Shown: positions 1-9,805 of the stretch, one piece after another
Layout: the number at the start of each line of letters is the position of its first letter
How positions within the stretch are numbered: the first letter of the stretch is position 1
Sequence record: SRR31156797_1198
DNA: 64,000 bases
Strand: one strand, 5' to 3'
Notes under the pieces: model-generated
Databases searched by the model: none
What the model saw: only the letters and a program-made list of their open reading frames with translations
What the model was told of the DNA's origin: nothing
Position numbers and translations under genes: made by a program

Positions 1-366
1 TCCAGCAGTATCGATACGTTTCGCGGGTACTTGTCGGTCCAAACAGGAATCGACGGCAAAAACCGCGACAAGGTCTTCAAATTGATCGAACAACAGCTGC
101 AAAGCTTGCAGCGTGGCGAAGTCACAGCGGAAGAACTGGCACAAACAAAAGCGATGTTGAAAAACCAGTACTTGCTTTCGTTGGATAACCCACAAGCACT
201 GATCGAAACAGCCTATCTGAATCAGTGGGTACCGAATACGAAAATGACGGAAGATGAATTTATGCAGAAATTGGCTCAAGTGACCGTAGCAGATGTCCAA
301 GCATTGGCCAAAAACGTGTCCTTGCAAGCTGTATTCTTCCTGGATAAGGAGACGACCCATGAATAA
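1..366 (+). CDS. M16-family peptidase-like protein (YmfF-like), 3' part; 5' end lies outside the window
   Basis: Frame open from base 1 to TAA at 364-366. M16 C-terminal character. Overlaps the start of a second M16 gene, as in the ymfF-ymfH pair. Confidence 0.8.
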   Translation, partial: SSSIDTFRGYLSVQTGIDGKNRDKVFKLIEQQLQSLQRGEVTAEELAQTKAMLKNQYLLSLDNPQALIETAYLNQWVPNTKMTEDEFMQKLAQVTVADVQALAKNVSLQAVFFLDKETTHE

Positions 367-1657
367 AAAAGTCTATCAGCAAATCAATGAGACCCTTTAT
401 GAAGAAGTATTGCCAAACGGCTTGAAAGTTTATTTGCTGCCAAAAGCCGATTTCCATAAAACTTACGGACTTTTCAGTACGAACTATGGCTCTGTCGACA
501 ATCATTTCGGGTTTTCACCCGAAGCATTGCATCAAGTTCCAGATGGCATTGCCCATTTTCTAGAGCACAAACTGTTTGAAAAAGAAGACGGCGATGTCTT
601 TCAAACCTTTGGTCAGCAGGGGGCTTCTGCCAATGCCTTTACCAGTTTCACGAAAACCAGCTACCTTTTTTCGGCAACCGATCAAATCAAGCTGAACCTT
701 GAAACGTTGATCGATTTCGTTCAAGCCCCGTATTTCACAGAAGAAACCGTCGAAAAAGAAAAAGGGATCATTGGCCAAGAAATCCAAATGTATGATGACG
801 ATCCGAACTGGCAGCAGTTTTTCGGCATCATCAAAAATTTGTATCCGAAGCACCCCCTGCATATCGATATCGCTGGTACGGTGGAAAGCATTGCGCAGAT
901 CACCGCAGAAGACTTGTATCTTTGCTACAATACCTTCTATCACCCAAGCAACATGACACTTTTTGTGGTAGGCAACATCGATCCGGAAGAAACGATGGCG
1001 TGGATTCGGACCAATCAAGCGGCCAAGACCTTTCCAGAAACGCAAGCGATCATTCGCCAGTTTCCTGAAGAAACCTTTGCCGATATTCAAGCAGAATCAA
1101 GCCTTACCATGCCAGTGACACGTGCTAAAGGCGTGTTAGGGATCAAAGGGGACTTGAACAAACTGCCGGAATCAGGAAGAGAGCTCTTACGCTTCAAAAA
1201 TGCGTTGAACCTTTTCTGCCAATTGGTTTTGGGCAATACTTCCGCCAATTATTTGCGTCTGTATGATCAAGGCATCATCGATGACACGTTTGGATTTGAA
1301 GTGAACTTGGATCGCGGCTTTTACTTTGCCGATTTCTCGGGGGATTCTGAAGAGCCAAAAGAAATGTTGGCAGAGATCGAAGCGATCTTAATGAATTTCC
1401 AGCACGACCCAGAGATTAATGAAGAAAACTTGACGTTATTGAAGAAGAAAATGCTAGGGAAATATTTCCAATCACTGAACTCATTGGAGTTTATTGCAAA
1501 CCAGTTTACCCAAAGCTTATTCGGTGAAACGACGCTCTTTGATCTACCGGAGGTGATCCAATCGATCACTTTAGAAGATGTTCAGCAAGCGGCTCGTTCC
1601 TTTATCGATCCTAAAGCGTTTAGCCGTTTTTACATGTATCCAACGGAAAAAGCCTAA
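359..1657 (+). CDS. M16 zinc peptidase (YmfH-like)
   Basis: HFLEH inverted zinc motif (HxxEH) and ANAFTS motif. ATG at 359 follows AAGGAG. Confidence 0.9.
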   Translation: MNKKVYQQINETLYEEVLPNGLKVYLLPKADFHKTYGLFSTNYGSVDNHFGFSPEALHQVPDGIAHFLEHKLFEKEDGDVFQTFGQQGASANAFTSFTKTSYLFSATDQIKLNLETLIDFVQAPYFTEETVEKEKGIIGQEIQMYDDDPNWQQFFGIIKNLYPKHPLHIDIAGTVESIAQITAEDLYLCYNTFYHPSNMTLFVVGNIDPEETMAWIRTNQAAKTFPETQAIIRQFPEETFADIQAESSLTMPVTRAKGVLGIKGDLNKLPESGRELLRFKNALNLFCQLVLGNTSANYLRLYDQGIIDDTFGFEVNLDRGFYFADFSGDSEEPKEMLAEIEAILMNFQHDPEINEENLTLLKKKMLGKYFQSLNSLEFIANQFTQSLFGETTLFDLPEVIQSITLEDVQQAARSFIDPKAFSRFYMYPTEKA

Positions 1658-1695
1658 GCGAAGGCTGGTTTTGTCAAACAGCTGTCATTTAAGCG

Positions 1696-1772
1696 ACACT
1701 GAATGATTCAAGGAGGAAGGCCCAACAGCTCAAGGGCTGCCCACCTCCTAGATCATTCAGTGTTTTCTTTTT
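1696..1772 (+). terminator. Long bulged hairpin with T-tract after the peptidase pair
   Basis: ACACTGAATGAT...AGGAGG pairs with CCTCCT...ATCATTCAGTGT, followed by TTTCTTTTT. Confidence 0.7.
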
Positions 1773-2121
1773 GCGTCAAAGGGTGGTTTTTTCTTGCATT
1801 TTGATGCCAATTTGGCGAAAAGTATTAAAATTTGTTTGCGAGTTGTGGTTAGGCTATCCTCAGACTTTTTCTTTTATGGTATTCTTTAATTATTGAAGCA
1901 AAATCTTTTTTTGTTTTTTTGCAAAAAATCACGGAAAAAATGTTATATTTAGTAGACGGCGCGCCCAGATGGAAATCGGCGTGACGGAGTTTTTTTTATT
2001 GACTGATACAGGGAACCCCTGTTTTAAAATGATAGAGCAGCTTTGCTGACCTTACGACAAGCAGCGAAGCGATTTTAGGGCTTTTTTTAAAGATGAATAA
2101 AAGACTGGAGTAGATGATCGA

Positions 2122-3024
2122 GTGGCCAACGAAACAACGATTGGAGCAAAATTACGGCAAGCCCGTTTAGATAAAAACATTTCATTGATTGAATTACAAC
2201 AAATGACAAAGATCCAAAAACGCTATTTAGAAGCAATTGAAGCGGAGCGTTTTGATCAATTGCCAGGCACTTTTTATGTCCGCGCGTTTATTCGCCAATA
2301 TGCAGCAGCGGTTGGAGAAGACGGCGACAAATTGGTGGCCGTTTTTGATGGCAAAGATACGTTAGACGCCCCCTTACCAAAAAGACCGCAGCCTGAAACC
2401 GTCAGCGGCTCACGAAAAGCACAGCACGTAGAAGAAAAAAGCGGCTCATTTGTCGTCCGCTATTTGCCGATGATTCTATTAGGCCTGGTTGCCATTACGA
2501 TCGTGAGTATCGTGGGCTACATGGCTTGGCAAGACCGTAATACAACACCGATGATCCAAGGGAGTTCTTCTCTCGTGGTAGAAAATTCGGCGTCTACAGC
2601 TTCCACCACGACAAGTACGGAAGAAACCAGTACTTCGAGTGAAGCGACGGAGTCCTCAAGTACGACGGAATCCAGCGAAGCGAAAATGACGATGACTGCC
2701 AGTGATTCGACGCAATCCTCGATCACGATCACGATGAAAGATGCGGAAAACCCTATTGAATTAGCATTTACTGGGCTAGATGCTTCTTGTTGGGTCGGTG
2801 TACAAGTTGACAACGCTTATGTGTACCAATACACTCTACAAGCGGGGGAAACGCAATCGATGACGCTGCCAGAAGGCGCCACGAATGCAACTTTGACCCT
2901 GGGAGCAAGCCAAAATATCTCCATCAAGGCCAATGGACAGGAAGTGGACTTTTCTGATCCACAATTTGAATTGTTACAAAAGACGGTCCGTCTCGTGATT
3001 GAATACCAAGACGATGCGGCATAA
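2122..3024 (+). CDS. rodZ: RodZ-like HTH membrane protein (cell-shape)
   Basis: N-terminal Xre HTH (YLEAIE...LPG.FYVRAFIRQYA), one TM helix, Ser/Thr linker, C-terminal beta domain. Lies upstream of pgsA. Confidence 0.85.
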   Translation: MANETTIGAKLRQARLDKNISLIELQQMTKIQKRYLEAIEAERFDQLPGTFYVRAFIRQYAAAVGEDGDKLVAVFDGKDTLDAPLPKRPQPETVSGSRKAQHVEEKSGSFVVRYLPMILLGLVAITIVSIVGYMAWQDRNTTPMIQGSSSLVVENSASTASTTTSTEETSTSSEATESSSTTESSEAKMTMTASDSTQSSITITMKDAENPIELAFTGLDASCWVGVQVDNAYVYQYTLQAGETQSMTLPEGATNATLTLGASQNISIKANGQEVDFSDPQFELLQKTVRLVIEYQDDAA

Positions 3025-3156
3025 ATCTGACAAATGCGCCTTATTGAGGTATCATTAGCTAAAAAGTTATCTGTTGCACCCGACTGGTGAAAAGCAGAAG
3101 TAGTGGCATGATTTGCCGTTATTTCGTACAATAGTCGGCAGAGAGGAGTCTATTTC

Positions 3157-3738
3157 GTGAATTTACCCAATCAATTAACTGTATTACGGATCATTATGAT
3201 CCCCATCTTTATTTTGGTCTTGGTTTTGCCGATCGATCTTGGCACGATGACCGTTGGTACGACACAATTAGAAAACACGCACCTTATTGCAGCGATCCTT
3301 TTTGCGGCAGCCAGCATTACGGACTGGCTAGATGGCAAGATCGCTCGTTCCAGAGGCCTTGTTACCAACTTCGGGAAGTTTGCTGACCCGTTAGCAGATA
3401 AAATGCTCGTCATGACGGCTTTTATCATGCTGGTCGAATTAAACAAAGCCCCAGGCTGGGTAGTTTCGATCATCGTTTGCCGTGAGTTGGCAGTGACAGG
3501 TTTACGCTTGTTGTTAGTGGAACAAAGCGGCGAAGTCATGGCTGCTGCGTGGCCGGGGAAAATCAAAACCGCGACACAAATGGTTGCGATCATTTTCTTG
3601 TTCTTGAACAACATTCCCTTTTCAATGATCGGTTTACCTGTCGATCAAATCATGTTGTATCTATGCTTGATCTTCACGATCTATTCCGGGGTCGATTATT
3701 TCATAAAAAATACGAATGTTTTTAAAGATTCTATGTAA
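3157..3738 (+). CDS. pgsA: CDP-diacylglycerol--glycerol-3-phosphate 3-phosphatidyltransferase
   Basis: MNLPNQLT start and CDP-alcohol motif DWLDGKIAR...GKFADPLADK. Confidence 0.95.
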   Translation: MNLPNQLTVLRIIMIPIFILVLVLPIDLGTMTVGTTQLENTHLIAAILFAAASITDWLDGKIARSRGLVTNFGKFADPLADKMLVMTAFIMLVELNKAPGWVVSIIVCRELAVTGLRLLLVEQSGEVMAAAWPGKIKTATQMVAIIFLFLNNIPFSMIGLPVDQIMLYLCLIFTIYSGVDYFIKNTNVFKDSM

Positions 3739-3865
3739 AATTTCTAGATCTAGATAAAGAAGCGATAAAAACAAGGATACAAGTCACGAAAGTTCAGAAG
3801 TTTTCTGGACTTTTTTTGTCAATATGAAAGACTTTTACGTATCTGATAAATGAAGGAGTAAAAGA

Positions 3866-5104
3866 ATGAAAGCAGAAATTATTGCAGTCGGGACCGAATT
3901 ACTTTTAGGACAGGTGGTGAATACGAACGCGACCTTCTTGTCAGAAGAACTGGCAAGTCTAGGGATCGATGTTTTTTATCATAGTGTTGTCGGGGACAAT
4001 CCCGATCGCTTAGAGGAATTGCTGACGATCGCCGACAAACGCAGCGACTTGATCGTGCTGTGCGGCGGCTTAGGGCCCACCGACGATGACTTGACGAAAC
4101 AAGTCACTGCGCGCCATGTGGGACAGGAATTAGTGCGAGATGAACCAGGTTATCACCAATTGAAAGCCTTCTTTGAAAACAGTCAACGGAGGATGACGGA
4201 AAACAATTTGCGGCAGACCTTAGTCTTCAAAGACGGTGTGTCTTTGCCAAATCCCAATGGACTAGCGATCGGGATTTTTTATCAGACAGCCGCTACCAGT
4301 TATTTGCTGCTGCCAGGACCGCCAAGTGAACTGCAGGCGATGTTTCTTACCCACGCAAAACCACTTCTGTTAGAGCAGTTTCCCCAAGAAGAAGTCTTGC
4401 TTTCTCGCGTTTTGCGCTATTACGGGATCGGGGAATCGGCGTTGGTCACAGAATTGGCCGATTTGATCGAGAACCAAGTCAATCCCACCATCGCCCCTTA
4501 TGCCAAACCCAATGAGGTCACATTGCGTCTGACGGTCAAAACCGCAGATGAGGCGCAAGGAATCGAACAATTGGATGCATTAGAAGAAACCGTCCAAGCA
4601 CGGGTCGGTGCGTATTTCTATGGATATGGGGAACAAAATTCGCTGGCAGAAACAGTCGTCGATCTACTAATCGAGAAAAAGAAAACCGTCACCGCAGCGG
4701 AAAGTTTGACCGCTGGTTTGTTTCAAGCGACCCTAGGAGGGATTCCTGGCGTCTCTGAGGTGTTTTCCGGTGGGTTCGTGACATATTCTGCTGGAACAAA
4801 AAGCAAGCTCTTAGGCATCGATTCAGCGCTTTTAGAAAGCTATGGGACTGTTAGTCAGGAGTGTGCGGAAGCAATGGCCGTCTATGCCCGCAAACAAGCA
4901 GAGACCGATTATGCGGTGGCCTTCACCGGTGTTGCTGGTCCAGACGAACTAGAAGGCCAGCCCAAAGGCACTGTTTGGATCGCCTTAGCTTCTGACAAAG
5001 GCGTCTCAAGCCAGCTGTATCACTTCAACCGCGACCGCGCCTATATTCGGCATAGTGCTGTCATGGCAGGCTTAAATCAAATACGTAAGGAATTATTAAA
5101 TTAA
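3866..5104 (+). CDS. cinA: Competence/damage-inducible protein CinA (MoCF domain plus NMN deamidase)
   Basis: [21 protein letters not shown] and AAESLTAG motifs. Directly upstream of recA. Confidence 0.95.
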   Translation: MKAEIIAVGTELLLGQVVNTNATFLSEELASLGIDVFYHSVVGDNPDRLEELLTIADKRSDLIVLCGGLGPTDDDLTKQVTARHVGQELVRDEPGYHQLKAFFENSQRRMTENNLRQTLVFKDGVSLPNPNGLAIGIFYQTAATSYLLLPGPPSELQAMFLTHAKPLLLEQFPQEEVLLSRVLRYYGIGESALVTELADLIENQVNPTIAPYAKPNEVTLRLTVKTADEAQGIEQLDALEETVQARVGAYFYGYGEQNSLAETVVDLLIEKKKTVTAAESLTAGLFQATLGGIPGVSEVFSGGFVTYSAGTKSKLLGIDSALLESYGTVSQECAEAMAVYARKQAETDYAVAFTGVAGPDELEGQPKGTVWIALASDKGVSSQLYHFNRDRAYIRHSAVMAGLNQIRKELLN

Positions 5105-5106
5105 TG

Positions 5107-5156
5107 CGAATGTTTGTTCGTTTTTTCTTGCAATTTCCCTTCAGAAGGACTATTAT
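5107..5156 (+). promoter_or_regulatory. recA promoter with LexA (Cheo) box
   Basis: CGAATGTTTGTTCG at 5107-5120 (one mismatch to GAAC-N4-GTTC), then TTGCAA-N17-TATTAT at 5128-5156. Confidence 0.8.
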
Positions 5157-5206
5157 TATCTTATGAACGACACACGAAAGTGATGAATATAAGGAGGATT
5201 ATCCGT

Positions 5207-6250
5207 TTGGCAGATGATCGTAAAGCAGCCTTAGATGCTGCACTAAAGAAGATTGAAAAGAACTATGGTAAAGGTGCCATCATGAAGCTTGGCGAAAAAG
5301 TTGATCAACAAATTTCAACGATCCCAAGTGGTTCATTGGCCTTGGATGTTGCATTAGGTGTAGGTGGTTACCCACGAGGACGGATCGTAGAAGTTTACGG
5401 CCCAGAGAGTTCTGGTAAAACGACAGTTGCTTTACATGCCATTGCGGAAGTCCAAAAAAATGGCGGAACAGCAGCATTTATCGATGCCGAACATGCGTTA
5501 GATCCGCAGTATGCGCAAAAATTAGGTGTAAATATCGATGATCTTTTGTTATCACAACCAGATACAGGGGAACAAGGATTAGAGATCGCTGACGCCTTAG
5601 TTTCAAGTGGTGCGGTTGATATCGTAGTTATTGACTCGGTAGCAGCTTTAGTCCCACGAGCGGAGATCGATGGTGAAATGGGTGATACCCACGTTGGTTT
5701 GCAAGCTCGTTTGATGTCACAAGCATTACGGAAACTTTCTGGTTCCATCAACAAAACGAAAACGATCGCGATCTTTATCAACCAAATTCGCGAAAAAGTT
5801 GGGATCATGTTTGGGAATCCAGAAACGACACCTGGTGGACGTGCGTTGAAATTCTATTCAACCATCCGTTTGGAAGTACGTCGTGCTGAGCAATTGAAAT
5901 CCGGTACAGATATCATCGGGAACCGCACGAAGATCAAAGTAGTCAAAAACAAAGTAGCGCCACCATTTAAAGTAGCGGAAGTCGACATGATGTATGGTCT
6001 AGGTATTTCCCAAGAAGGTGAATTATTGGATATGGCCGTGGAACAAGACATCGTTGATAAAAGCGGTGCGTGGTATGCCTATAAAGGGGATCGCATCGGT
6101 CAAGGTCGTGAAAACGCCAAAAACTATATGCGTGAACACCAAGAAATGATGCTAGAAGTTTCTGCTCGCGTCCGCGATGCTTACGGGATTGGAACAGGAG
6201 AGACCGTAACCCTCGAGGAAGCGCAAGAAGAATTACCATTAGACGAATAA
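5207..6250 (+). CDS. recA: Recombinase RecA
   Basis: GPESSGKTT Walker A and [11 protein letters not shown] start after AGGAGG. Confidence 0.99.
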   Translation: MADDRKAALDAALKKIEKNYGKGAIMKLGEKVDQQISTIPSGSLALDVALGVGGYPRGRIVEVYGPESSGKTTVALHAIAEVQKNGGTAAFIDAEHALDPQYAQKLGVNIDDLLLSQPDTGEQGLEIADALVSSGAVDIVVIDSVAALVPRAEIDGEMGDTHVGLQARLMSQALRKLSGSINKTKTIAIFINQIREKVGIMFGNPETTPGGRALKFYSTIRLEVRRAEQLKSGTDIIGNRTKIKVVKNKVAPPFKVAEVDMMYGLGISQEGELLDMAVEQDIVDKSGAWYAYKGDRIGQGRENAKNYMREHQEMMLEVSARVRDAYGIGTGETVTLEEAQEELPLDE

Positions 6251-6256
6251 GTCTTG

Positions 6257-6289
6257 AAAAGCCAAACAACGAGGTTGTTTGGCTTTTTT
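6257..6289 (+). terminator. Intrinsic terminator after recA
   Basis: GCCAAACAAC-gag-GTTGTTTGGC plus T6. Confidence 0.85.
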
Positions 6290-6507
6290 GTGGCTTTTTG
6301 CTAGATTCATCTATTGTTGAAAAAACATCCGTAAAAAGGAAGGGTTGCGAAAGTTTACTTTATTATTTAAAGTTGACACTCTTGTGTTCAAACATTAGAA
6401 TAAACGTATGTGGATTTCCACATAAGAAGTAGCGAATTGATAATTTTGTTATCCTTTGTTAATCAAAATTACAAAATATTTAAAAAGATAGTATGGAGGT
6501 GGATTCA

Positions 6508-8067
6508 TTGGAACTACTTTACATTCTCCTCGCTATCATCGGTTTAATTGTCGGTCTTGGATTAGGAGTTTATGTGACGAAATCTCGTCATGAGAAAGAA
6601 ATCAACGGCGCCCAAAATTCTGCAGCTGGAATTATCGAAAGCGCTAAGAAAGAAGCAGAAACTCTTAAAAAAGAAGCATTGTTAGAAGCTAAGGAAGAAA
6701 ATCAGAAGTATCGGTCAGAGATTGAAAGTGAGTTGAAAGAAAGCAAACTTGATTTAAAATCACAAGAAAATCGTTTACTCCAAAGAGAACAAGTACTTGA
6801 TCGTAAGGACGATTCTTTGGAAAAACGAGAACGCTCACTTGAAGATAAAGAAGGCAGACTTAGTGAGAAACAACAATTAATTGACGAGCGAGAAAAAGAA
6901 GTAGAAAACTTAATCGATGGACAACAGAAAGAATTAGAGCGCATCGCCGCGCTGTCTAGAGATGAAGCAAAAGAGTTGATCATGAAATCAACGGAAGAGG
7001 AATTGAACCATGAATTAACGATCATGGTCAAAGAATCTGAACAGCGTGCGAAGGAAGAAGCAGATCGAAAAGCAAAAAATCTCTTGTCCCTAGCAATCCA
7101 ACGTTGTGCCGCAGACCAAGTGTCTGAAACCACGGTATCGGTCGTATCATTACCAAATGATGAGATGAAAGGTCGAATCATCGGAAGAGAAGGTCGGAAC
7201 ATTCGGACCCTTGAAACATTGACAGGGATCGATTTGATCATCGATGACACGCCAGAAGCAGTCGTCTTATCAGGATTTGATCCGATTCGCCGTGAAATTG
7301 CTCGTATGACCCTTGAAAAACTGATTCAAGACGGCCGGATCCATCCAGCTCGAATTGAAGAAATGGTCGAAAAATCTCGGAAAGAAATGGATGAGCATAT
7401 TCGTGAATATGGGGAACAAGCAGCCTTTGAAGTCGGTGCTCACACCCTTCATCCAGACTTGATCAAGATTTTAGGTCGTTTGCGTTTCCGTACCAGCTAC
7501 GGACAAAACGTCTTGAACCACTCGATCGAAGTCGCAAAACTAACCGGTGTTCTTGCCGCAGAATTAGGCGAAGATATTCAGTTAGCTAAACGTGCCGGAC
7601 TCTTGCATGATATCGGGAAAGCCCTTGACCATGAAATCGAAGGCTCTCACGTTGAGATCGGGGCTGAGTTAGCTGCCAAATACAAAGAAAATGGTGTGGT
7701 GATCAATGCGATCGCTTCTCACCATGGAGATGTTGAAGCAACATCGGTTATCTCTGTTTTAGTTGCAGCCGCAGATGCCTTGTCAGCAGCCCGTCCAGGT
7801 GCCCGCAGCGAATCATTGGAAAATTATATTCGCCGCTTGCAAAACCTAGAAAATATCGCCAACGGCTTCAAAGGTGTCGATTCCAGTTTTGCCGTCCAAG
7901 CCGGACGTGAAGTCCGTGTAATGGTCAAACCAGAAGAGATTTCTGATTTGGATGCTGTACGATTGGTTCGCGACATCCGCAAGAAGATCGAAGACGATTT
8001 GGATTACCCAGGTCATATCAAAGTAACCGTTATTCGCGAGACCCGCGCAACGGATTACGCCAAATAG
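6508..8067 (+). CDS. rny: Ribonuclease Y
   Basis: N-terminal TM, coiled coil, KH domain ([10 protein letters not shown]), HD domain (LLHDIGK). Probable TTG start after GGAGGT. Confidence 0.97.
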   Translation: MELLYILLAIIGLIVGLGLGVYVTKSRHEKEINGAQNSAAGIIESAKKEAETLKKEALLEAKEENQKYRSEIESELKESKLDLKSQENRLLQREQVLDRKDDSLEKRERSLEDKEGRLSEKQQLIDEREKEVENLIDGQQKELERIAALSRDEAKELIMKSTEEELNHELTIMVKESEQRAKEEADRKAKNLLSLAIQRCAADQVSETTVSVVSLPNDEMKGRIIGREGRNIRTLETLTGIDLIIDDTPEAVVLSGFDPIRREIARMTLEKLIQDGRIHPARIEEMVEKSRKEMDEHIREYGEQAAFEVGAHTLHPDLIKILGRLRFRTSYGQNVLNHSIEVAKLTGVLAAELGEDIQLAKRAGLLHDIGKALDHEIEGSHVEIGAELAAKYKENGVVINAIASHHGDVEATSVISVLVAAADALSAARPGARSESLENYIRRLQNLENIANGFKGVDSSFAVQAGREVRVMVKPEEISDLDAVRLVRDIRKKIEDDLDYPGHIKVTVIRETRATDYAK

Positions 8068-8072
8068 CAAGC

Positions 8073-8108
8073 AAAAGCAGTATCCTCTCAGAGGGTACTG
8101 CTTTTTTT
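8073..8108 (+). terminator. Intrinsic terminator after rny
   Basis: GCAGTATCCTC / GAGGGTACTGC stem plus T7. Confidence 0.85.
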
Positions 8109-8369
8109 GTGTGGCTGACTGTTAATAAGGACGACTGAGTTGTTCAAAATCAACTGTGCTTTTCATCAGTCCCATAAATGATTGAGCCTTTTTTGTTCGT
8201 CGGCAGCCAAACGCCGGGAAAGCAAAAGGATGAATCGTTAGCGACAGAGGCGAAAAGAGGAAGGATCGATCCAGCATCATCTCGAGAGGGGGGGATTGAA
8301 AGATAAAACAGACCCAGACTTCTCGGTGAAGTCTAGGTCTGTTTTGTCTTTTTCACGTCTATACGTCCA

Positions 8370-9086
8370 TCAAATCTTGCGTCGACGGGCAAAGTCCACA
8401 AAGCGGAATTTATCCAGTCGGTGGATCGATTCGGTGTATTCAAAACAGCGCGTGTCTTCTAGATACACGAGGCTGCGAACCGTAACGACATGCTGATCTT
8501 CAGGACGCAGATCCATTAGATCCCGCAATTCTTTGTTGACGGGGTCAACAGTGATTTCTTTTTGTGCATAAGCGATCTCAAGGCCAAGATCATTTTCAAA
8601 GTAATCAAAAATCGATACTTTCGCTCGGTTTTCTGGCAACTCTTCGATGATAGAAGCATCAAGGTAATCTTTATCCAAAATCACCACTTCTCCATCGATT
8701 CTCCGCTGACGGATCAGTTTCCATGCCTCAGAAGCGACAGGCCAACCAGTGGTCTCGTGCAGCTTTGGCGAAACGGCGATCTTACGGATCTCGACAACCT
8801 TTGTTTCACTAGGAATGCGTTGGGTATCTTGCAGCTCACGAAAACTCGTCAAGCCAGAAATCGGGAAATCAAAGCGATTCAAGTCTAAAACGATCGAACC
8901 TTTCCCTTGTTTCTTTTGGATATAACCAGCATCCCGCAATAAATTCAATGCCTTACGGACAGTCTCGCGGGAGACACCATAAGTTTTGATCAATTGGTTT
9001 TCGCTAGGCAGCAAAGAATGCGGAGGGTATTCGTTTGCTAGAATTTTTTGTTCTAAATCTAAAAATATCTCTTTGAACTTGTTCAT
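8370..9086 (-). CDS. treR: Trehalose operon repressor, GntR/UTRA family
   Basis: GntR HTH (LPSENQL...VSRETVRKAL), C-terminal F.FVDFARR, and trehalose gene context. Confidence 0.9.
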   Translation of the reverse strand: MNKFKEIFLDLEQKILANEYPPHSLLPSENQLIKTYGVSRETVRKALNLLRDAGYIQKKQGKGSIVLDLNRFDFPISGLTSFRELQDTQRIPSETKVVEIRKIAVSPKLHETTGWPVASEAWKLIRQRRIDGEVVILDKDYLDASIIEELPENRAKVSIFDYFENDLGLEIAYAQKEITVDPVNKELRDLMDLRPEDQHVVTVRSLVYLEDTRCFEYTESIHRLDKFRFVDFARRRKI

Positions 9087-9140
9087 CGGATTGCCCCCTC
9101 TTTGGCTATTATAGCGAGGCCAATTTGGAAATGCAATCGA

Positions 9141-9791
9141 CTATTTCGCCAAAAGTTCGTCAATGTTTAGATCCGTCAATTTTTCAACGATCACATCTGC
9201 ACCGTGTAGTTCTTCTCCTGAATAAACGCCTACCGCGTACATACCAGCAGCTTTGATGCCGTCGATCCCTGCTTGAGCATCTTCAAACCCAACTGCTTCT
9301 GCCGGTTCAATGCCTAGTGCTAGCGCTGCTTGGATAAAGATTTCTGGATCTGGTTTGCCTTTTTTCAAGGTTGCTGGGTCAACGATCGTATCAAAGTCTT
9401 GCATGACACCTAGTTTGTCCAAAATAAACGGCGCATTCTTGGATGCCGAAGCGATGGCACAAGGAATATTTTTTGCTTTGGCTTCATCAAGGAACGTCTT
9501 TACCCCCGGCAATAGATCATCAGGAGTCAAGCTTTGTAATAATTGTACATAGTGGGTATTTTTCTTTGTCGCTAAGGCTTCTTTTTCGACTTCTGTGTAG
9601 GCATCATTTTTGTTGCCTAGTGTTAAGATTCGCTCTAAAGAATCCATGCGGCTAATGCCTTTTAACTGCTCATTGAATTTCAAATCGATCTCGATCCCAA
9701 TCTCCGCAGCTAATTCTTTCCATGCGATGTAGTGGTATTTAGCTGTATCCGTGATAACGCCGTCTAAATCAAAAACAAATCCTTTTTTCAT
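9141..9791 (-). CDS. pgmB: Beta-phosphoglucomutase
   Basis: FDLDGVITDTA HAD motif, KPDPEIF, EDAQAG. ATG at 9791 follows AAGGAG. Confidence 0.93.
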   Translation of the reverse strand: MKKGFVFDLDGVITDTAKYHYIAWKELAAEIGIEIDLKFNEQLKGISRMDSLERILTLGNKNDAYTEVEKEALATKKNTHYVQLLQSLTPDDLLPGVKTFLDEAKAKNIPCAIASASKNAPFILDKLGVMQDFDTIVDPATLKKGKPDPEIFIQAALALGIEPAEAVGFEDAQAGIDGIKAAGMYAVGVYSGEELHGADVIVEKLTDLNIDELLAK

Positions 9792-9805
9792 GTGTAACAC
9801 TCCTT

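Noticed and set aside
2590-2735. Repetitive ACG/AGT-rich tract in rodZ
   Set aside because: Encodes an ordinary Ser/Thr/Glu linker, not an array.
5114-5206. Extended N-termini in the ORF track (recA, ymfH, GNATs, gntR, ulaD and others)
   Set aside because: Downstream starts have clear Shine-Dalgarno sequences and match family starts.
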